Source: an uncultured Aliarcobacter sp. (GTDB lineage Bacteria > Campylobacterota > Campylobacteria > Campylobacterales > Arcobacteraceae). From it: a stretch of DNA of 64,000 nt. The position numbers and the translations under genes were made by a program. The DNA lies in assembly GCA_963664305.2 (NCBI GenBank), contig CAXXLV010000002.1, positions 1,216,001 to 1,280,000 of the forward strand. Reading direction: 5' to 3'. This document shows positions 10,063-22,091 of this stretch, piece by piece (positions within the stretch are counted from its first letter, which is position 1; each line of letters begins with the position of its first letter). The notes beneath the pieces are model-generated. The model saw nothing but the letters and a program-made list of their open reading frames with translations. It was not told the origin of the DNA and did no database searches.

Positions 10063-12138
10063 ATGGAAATCAAAAAAAATATTTTTATCATGATTATGTT
10101 ATTTTTAATAATAGCTTTTTTTATAACATTTGGAAGCTATTTTTATATTTTAAATAAACAATCAAAACTATTAGATTCTATCTATTTTTCTGTACACCAA
10201 AATATTACAAAAACAACAGAAAATTTAATTAAAGATAAACAAAATACAACTTTAGCAATTGCTTTATCATTGGCTAAAAATGATAATTTATTCAATTGCA
10301 TGAAAAATGAAACCTATGAAAAATTAAATTACAAAAAGATTATTGAAGAAATTAGAAATTATTCAAAATACAAAAATGTATGGATTCAAATAGTTGATAA
10401 AAATGGAAACAGTGTATATCGTTCTTGGACAGATAAAAAAGGTGACAATTTACTTTTTAGAAAAGATTTAAAAAATACTCTTACAAATCAAAATATTTCT
10501 ACTTCTATAAGTGTAGGATTATTCAATCTTACATTAAAAGCTAGAACTCCTATTTACGACGATGAAAACAATTTTCAAGGAGCTTTAGAAGTCATAACAC
10601 ATTTTAATTCAATAACAAATGATTTAAAAGAAAACAATATTAATTCATTGATAATTACTGACAAAAAATATAAAGATATATTAAAATTCCCATACACAAA
10701 TATTTTTATAGATGATTATTATATAGCTAATCTAAATGCAAATGTTGATTTATTAAATTATGTAAAAAATAATAACATTGAAAACTACATTAGTATTCCT
10801 ACTTATAAAATTGAGAATAATCAATTAATTTCTAATTATATTTTATACAATAAAAACGGTGAAAAATTAGCTTATATATTAAATTTTATTGATTTAAAAA
10901 ATATTGATACTCAAATCATAAAATCATTTAAAGTTCAAATTATTATGATTTGCGTAATTGCCTTAATTATACTTTTTTTCTCTTTTTTAATTTATCTTTA
11001 TTCTACATATTTAAAAGATATTAAACAGCAAGAAAATAAAAAACAATCTATTTTAGATTCACAATCGAGTATCATTGTAATTACAAATGGTTTAGAAATT
11101 ATAGATGCAAATAAAAAATTATTTGAATTTTTTACTACAGTTTCAAATTTAAATGAGTTTAAAAATAAATATAAATGTATCTGTTCTGCATTTCTAGATT
11201 TAAAAGATGAAATGTATATTATAGAAAAAGATTATGATGGAAAAAATTGGGCTGAATATGTTTTTGAAAATAGTGATAAAAATTACAGAGTTGCAATGAA
11301 AAATTCATCAAATGAAGTTAGACATTTTTCATTAAATGCTTCTAAAATAAAATCTGAAAACTATATCATAACTACTTTTACAGATATAACAAAAGAGATT
11401 GAACAAATTGACAAAGATAAAGAAAAAGATAGACTTCTTTATCAACAATCAAAAATTGCTGCCATTGCAGATATTCTTAGAAATATTGCCCATCAATGGA
11501 GACAACCTTTAAGTGTAATTAGTACAATTACAAGTGGAATGAAACTTCAAAAAGAACTAAATAATCTTTCAAATGATGAATTCAATAACTCTTGTGATGT
11601 GATTATTAACAATACACAAAAACTTTCAAATACAATTGAAAACTTCACAAATTTCTTCTCAAAAGATGAAGTTGTTGTAAATTTTTCAGTCGTAGAAACA
11701 ATAAAAAATACCCTTGCATTTTTTGATTCTATTTTTGAAAAGAACAATATAAAATGTAGTTTCAATTATGATACAGATTTCGTACTAAATTGTAATAAAA
11801 ATGATTTTTCTGAAGCAATTTTAAATATAATAGATAACTCAGTTTATGCACTAATTGAAAATAAAAATGAAGAAGAAAGATTTATTTTTGTTGATTTTAA
11901 AGATAAAGTATTACAAATAAAAGATAGTGCAAATGGTATAGATGAAGATATTCTTTCTAAAATTGTAGAACCTTATTTTACAACTAAACATCAATCTTTT
12001 GGTGTTGGACTTGGTTTATATGTAGTTCATGAATTTTTTGTTAAAAATTTAGGTTATAAAATCAATATCAAAAATGTAACATTTGAACATGAAAATAAGA
12101 AATATTCAGGAACAAACTTCATAATTGACTTCAATTAA
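10063..12138 (+). CDS. Membrane sensor histidine kinase (Cache-like, PAS-like, HisKA, HATPase)
   Basis: Two TMs, IAHQWRQPL H-box, PYFTTK..GVGLGL. Confidence 0.9.
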   Translation: MEIKKNIFIMIMLFLIIAFFITFGSYFYILNKQSKLLDSIYFSVHQNITKTTENLIKDKQNTTLAIALSLAKNDNLFNCMKNETYEKLNYKKIIEEIRNYSKYKNVWIQIVDKNGNSVYRSWTDKKGDNLLFRKDLKNTLTNQNISTSISVGLFNLTLKARTPIYDDENNFQGALEVITHFNSITNDLKENNINSLIITDKKYKDILKFPYTNIFIDDYYIANLNANVDLLNYVKNNNIENYISIPTYKIENNQLISNYILYNKNGEKLAYILNFIDLKNIDTQIIKSFKVQIIMICVIALIILFFSFLIYLYSTYLKDIKQQENKKQSILDSQSSIIVITNGLEIIDANKKLFEFFTTVSNLNEFKNKYKCICSAFLDLKDEMYIIEKDYDGKNWAEYVFENSDKNYRVAMKNSSNEVRHFSLNASKIKSENYIITTFTDITKEIEQIDKDKEKDRLLYQQSKIAAIADILRNIAHQWRQPLSVISTITSGMKLQKELNNLSNDEFNNSCDVIINNTQKLSNTIENFTNFFSKDEVVVNFSVVETIKNTLAFFDSIFEKNNIKCSFNYDTDFVLNCNKNDFSEAILNIIDNSVYALIENKNEEERFIFVDFKDKVLQIKDSANGIDEDILSKIVEPYFTTKHQSFGVGLGLYVVHEFFVKNLGYKINIKNVTFEHENKKYSGTNFIIDFN

Positions 12139-12194
12139 ACTTCTATTTTGTAAAGATTGGATAAAATACCCGCATTAATAAGAAAAGGATTTTT

Positions 12195-12929
12195 ATGCAA
12201 GATTTTGCTATTTTTGATTTAATAATAATATCTATTACTCTTATTTTAGGACTAAAAGGTCTTTTTAGAGGGCTAATTAAAGAAGTATTTGGGATTATTG
12301 GAATCATTGGTGCAATTTTTGTAGCTTCAAGAATTTCAACAGAAACGGGTGAATTATTAGCTCCGGTATTAGTTTTAGAGAATCAAGCAACAATAAAATT
12401 AATTGGATTTGTGGTAGCTTTAGTTGGTGTTTGGCTTGTAGTTTATAGCGCAGGATTAGTTGTTAGTAAAATTTTCTCAGCAAGTGGTTTAGGTGTTATT
12501 GATAGAATACTTGGATTTGTTTTTGGTGCAGCAAAAATATTTTTAATTTTTTCTGTTATCTCTTATGCACTTTATCAAGTTCATTCATTTAAAAAAGTTA
12601 TGGATGAAAAATTTGCTACTTCAATAGTAATGCCACATTTAATTAGTGTTGGTTCTTACATCATAAAACTAGATACTGATTCACTAACGAATAGTTTTGA
12701 TAAAGCTGTTAAATCAGTTAAAGATACACAAATTGTAAAAGATGCTACTTCTAATCTAAAAGAAGAAGTTAATTCAACTGTTGATGGAGTACAAGAGGCT
12801 ATTAAAGATGAAGTAATTCAAAAAGTTGAAGAAAAGATTGAAGATACTACAAATACAACTTCTGAACAAGTTGATGCAGTAAAAGAAAAACTAAAAAATA
12901 TTGCAAATAAACCAGAAGAAAATAAATAA
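12195..12929 (+). CDS. cvpA: CvpA family protein
   Basis: GLFRGLIKE and DRILGFVFG motifs. Confidence 0.85.
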   Translation: MQDFAIFDLIIISITLILGLKGLFRGLIKEVFGIIGIIGAIFVASRISTETGELLAPVLVLENQATIKLIGFVVALVGVWLVVYSAGLVVSKIFSASGLGVIDRILGFVFGAAKIFLIFSVISYALYQVHSFKKVMDEKFATSIVMPHLISVGSYIIKLDTDSLTNSFDKAVKSVKDTQIVKDATSNLKEEVNSTVDGVQEAIKDEVIQKVEEKIEDTTNTTSEQVDAVKEKLKNIANKPEENK

Positions 12930-12941
12930 AGGGATTTAATA

Positions 12942-14459
12942 TTGTTTGAGAATAAATATATACAACAAAGAATAGAAAAAGCAGAAAAATTAAGAGAAGT
13001 TGGGATTAATCCTTACTCAAATGATAGTTCAAGAAATTGTACAATTGCAAAATATTTAAACGTAAATAGTGATATTTTACATAGCGAAGAAAAAAGAGAT
13101 GAAAATAGAACTTATACAGTTGCAGGAAGAATTAAATTTTTTAGACTAATGGGGAAAGCTGCTTTCTTAAAAATTGAAGATGAAAGTGGAATGCTTCAAA
13201 TTTATGTAGCAAGAGATAATTTACCAGAAGGTTTTTACAACGATATTTTCAAAAAAAATATTGAAGTTGGTGATATTATTGAAGTTTCAGGTTATCCTTT
13301 TGTAACTGGACAAGGTGAACTTTCATTACATGCAGATGGTTTAAAAATACTAACAAAAGCTATTTCTCCACTTCCTGAAAAATATCATGGAATTCAAGAT
13401 AAAGAGTTAAGATATAGACAAAGATATTTAGACTTAATCATGAATTCGGAAGTTCGAAAAACTTTTCAAATCAGAAGTAAAGTAATTAGTTTAACTAGAA
13501 GATTTTTTGAAAACAAAGGTTTCTTAGAAGTTGAAACTCCAATGATGCACCCAATTGCAGGTGGAGCAAATGCTAAACCTTTTGTTACTCATCATAATGC
13601 TTTAGGAATTGATAGATTTTTAAGAATCGCACCAGAATTATATTTAAAAAGATTAATTGTTGGTGGATTTGAAGCAGTATTTGAAATCAATAGAAACTTT
13701 AGAAATGAAGGAATGGATGCAACTCATAATCCTGAATTTACTTCAATTGAATTTTATTGGGCTTATAAAACTTATAAAGATTTAATTCTTTTAACAAAAG
13801 AGTATTTTGAATACTTATTTGAACACTTAAATTTACCAACACTATTACCTTATGGTGATTTTAAAATTGACTTTAGTAAATTTACTGAAATTCCATTAAT
13901 TCAATCTTTATATGAAATTGGTGGTGTTCCACAAGATATCGTTGAAGATAAAGAAAAAATTCTTGCATTTTTAAGAGCTAATAATTTAGAAGCTAATGCA
14001 AATTTAAATTTAGGTCAACTTCAAGGTGAATTATTTGACGAATATGTTGAAGATAAATTAATTAATCCAACATTTATCACTGAATATCCAGTTGAAATTT
14101 CACCACTTGCAAGAAGAAATGATGAAAAACCACATTTAACAGATAGATTTGAATTATTTATTGCAGGTAAAGAAATTGCTAATGCGTTTAGTGAGTTAAA
14201 TGACCCAATAGACCAACTTCAAAGATTTGAAGGTCAAATCGCTGCAAAAGAAGCTGGTGATGATGAAGCACATGAAATGGATGAAGATTTTGTAAATGCT
14301 TTATCTTATGGTATGGCTCCAACAGCAGGTCAAGGTATTGGTATTGATAGATTAGTAATGATGTTAACTAATGAACATTCAATTAGAGATGTTTTATTAT
14401 TCCCAGCTATGAAACCAATCAAACATGAAATTGATTTATATGAAGATCAAGAAAATTAA
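12942..14459 (+). CDS. lysS: Lysine--tRNA ligase
   Basis: [25 protein letters not shown]. Confidence 0.97.
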   Translation: MFENKYIQQRIEKAEKLREVGINPYSNDSSRNCTIAKYLNVNSDILHSEEKRDENRTYTVAGRIKFFRLMGKAAFLKIEDESGMLQIYVARDNLPEGFYNDIFKKNIEVGDIIEVSGYPFVTGQGELSLHADGLKILTKAISPLPEKYHGIQDKELRYRQRYLDLIMNSEVRKTFQIRSKVISLTRRFFENKGFLEVETPMMHPIAGGANAKPFVTHHNALGIDRFLRIAPELYLKRLIVGGFEAVFEINRNFRNEGMDATHNPEFTSIEFYWAYKTYKDLILLTKEYFEYLFEHLNLPTLLPYGDFKIDFSKFTEIPLIQSLYEIGGVPQDIVEDKEKILAFLRANNLEANANLNLGQLQGELFDEYVEDKLINPTFITEYPVEISPLARRNDEKPHLTDRFELFIAGKEIANAFSELNDPIDQLQRFEGQIAAKEAGDDEAHEMDEDFVNALSYGMAPTAGQGIGIDRLVMMLTNEHSIRDVLLFPAMKPIKHEIDLYEDQEN

Positions 14460-14484
14460 TTAGAAAAAAGATTAAGGAGCAAAT

Positions 14485-15747
14485 ATGAGTTATATAACAA
14501 GTGCGAATTTAGAGCAAGCAGATAATGAAGTATTTTCAATAATTGAAAACGAATTAAAAAGACAAACAAACCATTTAGAAATGATTGCATCTGAGAACTT
14601 TACTTCTCCAGCTGTTATGCAAGCTATGGGTTCTGTTTTCACTAACAAATATGCTGAGGGTTATCCTTATAAAAGATATTATGGTGGTTGTGAATTTGCT
14701 GACCAAGTTGAGCAATTAGCTATTGACAGAGCTTGTAAAATCTTTGGTTGTTCTTATGCTAATGTTCAACCTCATTCTGGAAGCCAAGCTAATGGTGCTG
14801 TTTATGCTGCATTATTAAGTGCTGGTGATAAAATCTTAGGTATGGATTTATCTCATGGTGGACATTTAACTCATGGTTCTAAACCTTCATTCTCTGGTAA
14901 AAACTATTCTGCTTTTTATTATGGTGTTGAATTAGATGGTAGAATCAACTATGACAAAGTTATGGAAATTGCAAAAATTTGTCAACCAAAAATAATTGTA
15001 TGTGGTGCTTCTGCATACGCAAGAGAAATTGACTTTAAAAAATTCAGAGAAATAGCTGATGCTGTTGGTGCTATTTTATTTGCTGATATTGCTCACATTG
15101 CAGGACTTGTTGCTGCTGGTGAACACATGAGTCCATTCCCATATGCTGATGTTGTTACAACTACTACTCACAAGACTTTAAGAGGTCCAAGAGGTGGTAT
15201 GATTATGACAAATGATGAAGAGATTGCTAAAAAAATAAATTCAGCTATTTTCCCAGGATTACAAGGTGGACCACTTGTTCATGTAATTGCTGCAAAAGCT
15301 GTTGCATTTAAAGAAATTTTAGATCCATCATGGAAAGATTATGCAAAACAAGTAAAAGCAAATGCAAAAGTATTAGCAGAAGTTCTTACAAAAAGAGGAT
15401 ATGACATTGTAAGTGGTGGAACAGATAATCACTTAATTTTAGTATCATTTTTAAATAAACCATTCAGTGGAAAAGATGCAGATGCAGCTTTAGGAAATGC
15501 TGGAATTACTGTAAATAAAAACACAGTACCAGGAGAGACAAGAAGTCCATTTGTTACTTCAGGGATTAGAATAGGAAGTCCTGCATTAACTGCACGTGGA
15601 ATGAAAGAAAAAGAGTTTGAAATTATTGCAAACAAAATTTGTGATGTATTAGATAACATTGAAGATTCAGCATTACATGCTAAAATCAACAAAGAATTAG
15701 AAGAATTAGCTTCTGGTTTTGTGATTTACAATCAATCGACTTTCTAG
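14485..15747 (+). CDS. glyA: Serine hydroxymethyltransferase
   Basis: [27 protein letters not shown]. Confidence 0.98.
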   Translation: MSYITSANLEQADNEVFSIIENELKRQTNHLEMIASENFTSPAVMQAMGSVFTNKYAEGYPYKRYYGGCEFADQVEQLAIDRACKIFGCSYANVQPHSGSQANGAVYAALLSAGDKILGMDLSHGGHLTHGSKPSFSGKNYSAFYYGVELDGRINYDKVMEIAKICQPKIIVCGASAYAREIDFKKFREIADAVGAILFADIAHIAGLVAAGEHMSPFPYADVVTTTTHKTLRGPRGGMIMTNDEEIAKKINSAIFPGLQGGPLVHVIAAKAVAFKEILDPSWKDYAKQVKANAKVLAEVLTKRGYDIVSGGTDNHLILVSFLNKPFSGKDADAALGNAGITVNKNTVPGETRSPFVTSGIRIGSPALTARGMKEKEFEIIANKICDVLDNIEDSALHAKINKELEELASGFVIYNQSTF

Positions 15748-15774
15748 GATTTAGAGATAAAATAAGGATAAGTT

Positions 15775-16788
15775 ATGCAAATAAAAGGTGAAGAGTTCAT
15801 AAAGAAAGTTCAACTTCAACAAGAAAGAGAAGAACTTGAAAGAAAGCTAAGTGAACTTGAAGAAGTTGAAGTATCAATAAGTAATATTAATCTTAATAAT
15901 AATTTAAATATGAATAATAATGATTCAATTAATTTAAATAGAAATACTCAATTTGAACCAAATGAACATGAACTTGATAATATTATGTTAGGTACTTCTT
16001 CAACTGGAAGTAATGAAGAGAACAAGAAAAAATATCTAATTTTAGGTATTGTTCTTGTTGTATTATTTTTATTAACAATTATTATTATAAGACTTCTTAC
16101 AAATGATCCAGCAAAAGATGATCAATTTACTTCTAATAATGCGAACTCTTCTGAAATAAAAAAATTATCTGAAAATAGTAATATTGAAGAAAATTTCCAA
16201 AAAATCATTAATGAAAGAGTTAAAAAAGATTCTAATGAACCAATGATTCCAGAAAATGCAATTCCTGCAGATCAAAGACTTCAAAATTTACAACAAACAA
16301 ATGATAGTACAACTCAAGAAGAGAGAGAAACTATTCAAGAAGAAGCACCTGCTAATATCTCTAATGAAACTTTAGATGAAACAATTAAAAAAATTGAAGA
16401 GAAAAAAGCTACTCAAAAAGAAAAAGTAGTTCAAACTACTGAGAAAAAGACTTCACAAACAAAAGAAGTAACTCAAAATGTTGAACAAAAAAAATCTGTA
16501 AGAGATTTAATGGATTCTCCAAGTTCATCATCTACGACTTCATCAACAGCAATGTCTTCAGGATATTTTGTACAAATTGGAGCTTTTACAAAAAAACCTT
16601 CTGATAGTTATATAAATACTATTAGAAATGCAAAATTTAAATATAAAATATACCAACAAGAAATAAAAGGTGTAACTTATAATAAAGTTTTAATTGGACC
16701 TTATTCATCAAAAGCTGCTGCTAGTGAAAGTGTTGATGATATAAAAGAAAAATTAAACGTTACAAGTGCATTTGTTGTTAAATTTTAA
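15775..16788 (+). CDS. SPOR domain cell-division protein
   Basis: Single TM, low-complexity linker, C-terminal YFVQIGAF...VLIGPY. Confidence 0.85.
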   Translation: MQIKGEEFIKKVQLQQEREELERKLSELEEVEVSISNINLNNNLNMNNNDSINLNRNTQFEPNEHELDNIMLGTSSTGSNEENKKKYLILGIVLVVLFLLTIIIIRLLTNDPAKDDQFTSNNANSSEIKKLSENSNIEENFQKIINERVKKDSNEPMIPENAIPADQRLQNLQQTNDSTTQEERETIQEEAPANISNETLDETIKKIEEKKATQKEKVVQTTEKKTSQTKEVTQNVEQKKSVRDLMDSPSSSSTTSSTAMSSGYFVQIGAFTKKPSDSYINTIRNAKFKYKIYQQEIKGVTYNKVLIGPYSSKAAASESVDDIKEKLNVTSAFVVKF

Positions 16789-16800
16789 AAAGAGAGTATT

Positions 16801-18210
16801 ATGAACTTTTACAGCAAAGAAATTTTATTAGATCAATTTACACCTGTTTCAATTTATGAAAAAGTGAAATCATTATATCAACATGAAATCACTTTTTTAT
16901 TTGAAAGTACAATCAATTCAAGTGATGGAAACTACTCTTATATAATTATTGGAGATAGAGAAAGAGTTTGGTATGATAAAGATACTTGCTATTATAAAAA
17001 TGAAGAAGGCGAAGTAACAATTGTTGATTCAAATCCTCTGCTTTTTTTAAAAAAATATTATAAAAACTTTGATAAACAATTATATAAAGAAAAAGCTCTT
17101 GAATTAGGTATTGGTCTAATTGATGGATTTATTGGAAATGTAGGTTATGATATTGGAAAAGAGTTTGAACCTAAACTAAAAGAATCAATGAATAACTTAG
17201 TTGACCAATTAGATATGCCTGATTTAGACCTAATCAGACCAAACATTATTTTAGGTTTCTCACATAAAACTTCTAAACTTGTTATGGTTACGTCTGTTGA
17301 ATCAAAAAAAGATGAACTAAAAACTATTGAAGATATTCTTTATACAACATATTCTTATGCCCCATTAAAAAAAGCAACTCTATTAGATGAAGGTAAATTC
17401 AACTTTACAAAAGAAGAATTTTTTGAAATGGTAGCACGTTCAAAAGAGATGATTAAATCTGGAGACGTATTTCAGATTTTAATGTCAAATAGATTTATTC
17501 AAAAAGCTGTAGTTGATCATTTAAGTTTTTATAGAGCTTTAAGAAGTAAAAACCCAAGTCCTTATCTATTTTTATTAGAGTTTGAGAAATTTACAATTGC
17601 TGGAAGTAGTCCTGAAGTTATGATTAGACTTGTTGATGGACATTTACTTTTAAGACCAATTGCAGGAACTAGAAAAAGAGGAAAAAATCTAGATAGAGAT
17701 TTAGAATTAGAAGCTGAAATGTTAAATGATACTAAAGAAAAAGCTGAACATATTATGCTTGTTGATTTAGGAAGAAATGACGTTGGTCGTGTTGCACGTC
17801 CAGGAACTGTTAAAGTTACAGATTTGATGAGAGTTGAAAGATACTCACATGTAATGCATATGGTTTCAGATGTTGAAGCTATAATTGATGACAAATATGA
17901 CATGTTCGATTTATTTATGGCAACTTTTACAGCAGGAACAATGACAGGAGCTCCTAAAATTAGAGCGATGGAATTAATTGCTCAATTTGAAGGAATAAAA
18001 AGAAATTTCTATTCTGGAAGTATCGCATATTTTGGTTTTGATGGAAATATGGATAGTGCAATTACAATTAGAACAACTTTATTAACAGAAGATACTGTTG
18101 TATTCCAAGCAGGAGCTGGAGTTGTTGCTGATTCTAATCCTGAACTTGAATATCTTGAAGTTCAAAATAAACTAGCTGCTAATATCTCTACTTTAAAAGA
18201 CTTATCTTAA
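16801..18210 (+). CDS. trpE: Anthranilate synthase component I family
   Basis: NPSPY, GSSPE, PIAGTRKRG, GTMTGAPK. Confidence 0.85.
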   Translation: MNFYSKEILLDQFTPVSIYEKVKSLYQHEITFLFESTINSSDGNYSYIIIGDRERVWYDKDTCYYKNEEGEVTIVDSNPLLFLKKYYKNFDKQLYKEKALELGIGLIDGFIGNVGYDIGKEFEPKLKESMNNLVDQLDMPDLDLIRPNIILGFSHKTSKLVMVTSVESKKDELKTIEDILYTTYSYAPLKKATLLDEGKFNFTKEEFFEMVARSKEMIKSGDVFQILMSNRFIQKAVVDHLSFYRALRSKNPSPYLFLLEFEKFTIAGSSPEVMIRLVDGHLLLRPIAGTRKRGKNLDRDLELEAEMLNDTKEKAEHIMLVDLGRNDVGRVARPGTVKVTDLMRVERYSHVMHMVSDVEAIIDDKYDMFDLFMATFTAGTMTGAPKIRAMELIAQFEGIKRNFYSGSIAYFGFDGNMDSAITIRTTLLTEDTVVFQAGAGVVADSNPELEYLEVQNKLAANISTLKDLS

Positions 18211-18270
18211 TTTATTAATTTAATATTGGCTATTATTTCAAACATAAAAGCCAATATTAAAGGATATAAA

Positions 18271-19056
18271 TTGTTACTTGGTGTAAATATTGACCACATT
18301 GCAGTTTTAAGAGAAGCTCGAAAAATTAATGACCCAAATCCCCTTGATGCACTTGGTATTTGTAAACTAAGTGGTGCAGATCAAATTACAATCCACTTAA
18401 GAGAAGATAGACGACACATCCACGATAATGATGCAAAAGCTATCATAGAACAATCAGCATTACCAGTAAACTTAGAGTGTTCAATCAATAGTGATATTAT
18501 TGATATAGTTTGTAAACTAAAACCAAGTCGTGCTACTTTAGTTCCTGAAAATAGAAATGAAGTTACAACTGAAGGTGGACTTGATGTAAAAGGAAACTTT
18601 GAAAAACTTCAAAAAGTAATAGACAAACTTCATCAAAATGAGATTGAAGTTTCACTTTTCATTGATCCAAATGAAGAAATTATTGAATTATCAAAAGAGT
18701 TAGAAGTTGAATGGATTGAACTTCATACTGGAACATTTGCAAATATCTATGCAATGCTAAATACAAATTTATCAAACACTCATCACTCAATAAAAGAATT
18801 AGAATTAAGTAAACAAGAATTAAAAACAAAACTTGCAAAATCTGTAAAAGAGATAGAAAATTCTTCAAAACTAGCAAGAAAACTAGGATTAAAAATTGCA
18901 GCAGGTCATGGATTAAATTATCAAAATGTAACAATGATTTCAAGAATTCCTGAAGTTGAAGAGTTAAATATTGGTCAAAGTATAATAGCTCGTTCAGTTT
19001 TTACAGGACTTAATAAAGCAATAATTGATATGAAAGAATTGATTAAAAATGATTGA
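18271..19056 (+). CDS. pdxJ: Pyridoxine 5'-phosphate synthase (start moved to TTG 18271)
   Basis: LGVNIDH, HLREDRRH, AGHGL; AAGGA RBS before 18271. Confidence 0.95.
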   Translation: MLLGVNIDHIAVLREARKINDPNPLDALGICKLSGADQITIHLREDRRHIHDNDAKAIIEQSALPVNLECSINSDIIDIVCKLKPSRATLVPENRNEVTTEGGLDVKGNFEKLQKVIDKLHQNEIEVSLFIDPNEEIIELSKELEVEWIELHTGTFANIYAMLNTNLSNTHHSIKELELSKQELKTKLAKSVKEIENSSKLARKLGLKIAAGHGLNYQNVTMISRIPEVEELNIGQSIIARSVFTGLNKAIIDMKELIKND

Positions 19057-19987
19057 AAATAATAAACCTAAAATTGCTATTAGTATTGGAGATTTAAATG
19101 GTATTGGAATTGAAATAGCATTTAAATGTCATGAAGAAATTTCTAAAATTTGTCACCCTATTTATTGTATAAATAACAAAATGCTAAAAAGAGCAGCGAA
19201 TGAACTTAAAGTTGAAATTCCAGAAGATTTTGAAATATTTAAAACAAAAGGTGAATTTGATTTAAAACCTGGAACTGTTTCTAAAAAATCAGGTAAATAT
19301 TCATTTAACTCTTTTATGGATGCAATTAATCTTGCAAATTTAAAAGAAGTAGACGCAATTTGTACTCTTCCTATAAATAAAGAATCTTGGAATAAAGCTG
19401 AAATAAAATATAAAGGTCATACTGAAGTTTTAAGAGACTATTTTGGAAAACATGCAATTATGATGCTTGGTTGCGAAAAAATGTTTGTTGCACTTTTTAC
19501 AGAGCATATTCCTCTTAGAAAAGTTGCAAAAAAAATAGATGAAGAGGATTTAACTTTATTCTTAATTGATTTATATAACAATGTAAAAAGTGAAAATATT
19601 GGTGTTCTTGGTTTAAACCCTCACGCAAGTGATAATGGTGTTTTAGGTGATGAAGAAGTTCAAATTTTCAAAGCTATAAAAAAAGCAAATAAACATTTTG
19701 AAAAAAACATTTTTAAAGGTCCACTTGTTCCTGATACTGCATTTTCTCCACTTTCAAGAAAAAATTTTAAATACTTTGTTGCAATGTATCATGACCAAGG
19801 TTTAGCTCCATTAAAAGCTTTATATTTTGAAGAAAGTATAAATGTAAGTCTAAATTTACCAATAATTAGAACTTCTGTTGACCATGGAACTGCTTTTAAT
19901 ATCGCATATAAAAATGAAAATATCAATACTCAAAGTTATATAAATGCAATAAAAGAAGCTATAAATCTAATCTCTATGAAAAAATGA
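19049..19987 (+). CDS. pdxA: 4-hydroxythreonine-4-phosphate dehydrogenase
   Basis: GHTE, GLNPHA, MYHDQG, RTSVDHGTA. Confidence 0.95.
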   Translation: MIENNKPKIAISIGDLNGIGIEIAFKCHEEISKICHPIYCINNKMLKRAANELKVEIPEDFEIFKTKGEFDLKPGTVSKKSGKYSFNSFMDAINLANLKEVDAICTLPINKESWNKAEIKYKGHTEVLRDYFGKHAIMMLGCEKMFVALFTEHIPLRKVAKKIDEEDLTLFLIDLYNNVKSENIGVLGLNPHASDNGVLGDEEVQIFKAIKKANKHFEKNIFKGPLVPDTAFSPLSRKNFKYFVAMYHDQGLAPLKALYFEESINVSLNLPIIRTSVDHGTAFNIAYKNENINTQSYINAIKEAINLISMKK

Positions 19988-21051
19988 AAAGCCTAGAAAC
20001 TTGTTATGAAATTAATTTCTCAAAAATTAATTTCATAGAAAGAAAAGTAAAAATAACAAATCCAAAAACTATAATTAGTGGTGCTTCAAAAACTGGAAAA
20101 ACCTATTTAATTTATGATTTTTTGTCTAATTTCAAATCAAATGAATATCTTTATATTGATTTTTCTGATTTAAGAAATGATTTAATTGAAATTGCTAAAA
20201 ATTTAGAAGAATTTATCAAAAAAAATGAAATTATTGTTTTAATACTAGAAAATTTTGAATTTCAATTCTCAATTCCTGAATGTGAAAATATAATAATTTC
20301 AACAACAAATAACCAAATTATAGAAGGTTTTGAACATATAAACCTAAATGCTTTAGATTTTGAAGAGTATTTATTACATGATAATAAACATCAAAATATT
20401 ACTCAAAGTTTTAATAGTTTTTTAAAATTTGGAAATCTTCCAGAAATTATAAACCTAGAAGAACATAAAAAAATTCAACGTTTACAAGAGATAATTAGAC
20501 TGATTTGTAAAGATGAAACGCAATATGAAATACTAAAAATAATGATTGAAAATATTGATGAAAAAAAATCTCTTTTCCAATTGTTTAACTCACTAAAAAC
20601 AAAAATTAAACTTTCAAAAGATAAATTTTATGAAGTATGTAAAATATTAGAAAATAGTAGAATTATCTATTTTTTACCAAAATATAATCAAGAAAAATCA
20701 ACAAAAAAGATTTTTTGTTACAACTACTCTTTTTTAAATGCCATTACTTATACAAAAAAATTTAAAAATGAATTTTCTAATATGATTTTTTTGGAATTAA
20801 TAAATAAATATGAAGAAATTTATTACTATGAACAAATTGATTTTTATATAAAATCGAAAAATATAGCTGTTGTTTCTATACCATTTTTTAATACTTTCTT
20901 GAATAATAATTTAATAAAAAAAATTATTAAAAATGCACTTGAACTAAATATAAAAGAGATAAATATTATAACTATCTCAAATAGTGAAAAAATTCATGAC
21001 CCAAAAATCAAAATAAATGTAATTCCTTTTTATGAATGGGCAATAAGCTAA
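19984..21051 (+). CDS. AAA_14/DUF4143-like ATP-binding protein
   Basis: Walker A GASKTGKT; FGNLPE; family assignment from overall pattern. Confidence 0.65.
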   Translation: MKSLETCYEINFSKINFIERKVKITNPKTIISGASKTGKTYLIYDFLSNFKSNEYLYIDFSDLRNDLIEIAKNLEEFIKKNEIIVLILENFEFQFSIPECENIIISTTNNQIIEGFEHINLNALDFEEYLLHDNKHQNITQSFNSFLKFGNLPEIINLEEHKKIQRLQEIIRLICKDETQYEILKIMIENIDEKKSLFQLFNSLKTKIKLSKDKFYEVCKILENSRIIYFLPKYNQEKSTKKIFCYNYSFLNAITYTKKFKNEFSNMIFLELINKYEEIYYYEQIDFYIKSKNIAVVSIPFFNTFLNNNLIKKIIKNALELNIKEINIITISNSEKIHDPKIKINVIPFYEWAIS

Positions 21052-21077
21052 GAATTTGTTAATGATTTTTTAGATAA

Positions 21078-21815
<738 letters not shown>

Positions 21816-21834
21816 ATATCAAAAGGAAAGATTT

Positions 21835-22053
21835 ATGATTAGATTAGAAGAAAGAATTTCAAAAGCATTAAAACAAGTTGATAATGATAGATATATTTTA
21901 GCAATTGCTGTTGGGCAAAGAGCAGATGAATTAAGTAAAGGTGCTAAACCATTATTAGAATTAAACACTCAAAAAATGAAATATACTGATATTGCTATTG
22001 ATGAAATTGCAGCAGGTCTTCTAAAAATTGAAGGATTTATAGATAAAAAATAG
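21835..22053 (+). CDS. rpoZ: RNA polymerase omega subunit
   Basis: DRYILAIAVGQRA...IAIDEI; position between pyrH and spoT. Confidence 0.92.
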   Translation: MIRLEERISKALKQVDNDRYILAIAVGQRADELSKGAKPLLELNTQKMKYTDIAIDEIAAGLLKIEGFIDKK

Positions 22054-22091
22054 AGATAAGTTAAAAAACTTACCTCTAGGTCTTAGATAAT

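Noticed and set aside
15880..15945. AAT-rich tract
   Set aside because: Encodes the Asn-rich low-complexity part of the SPOR protein
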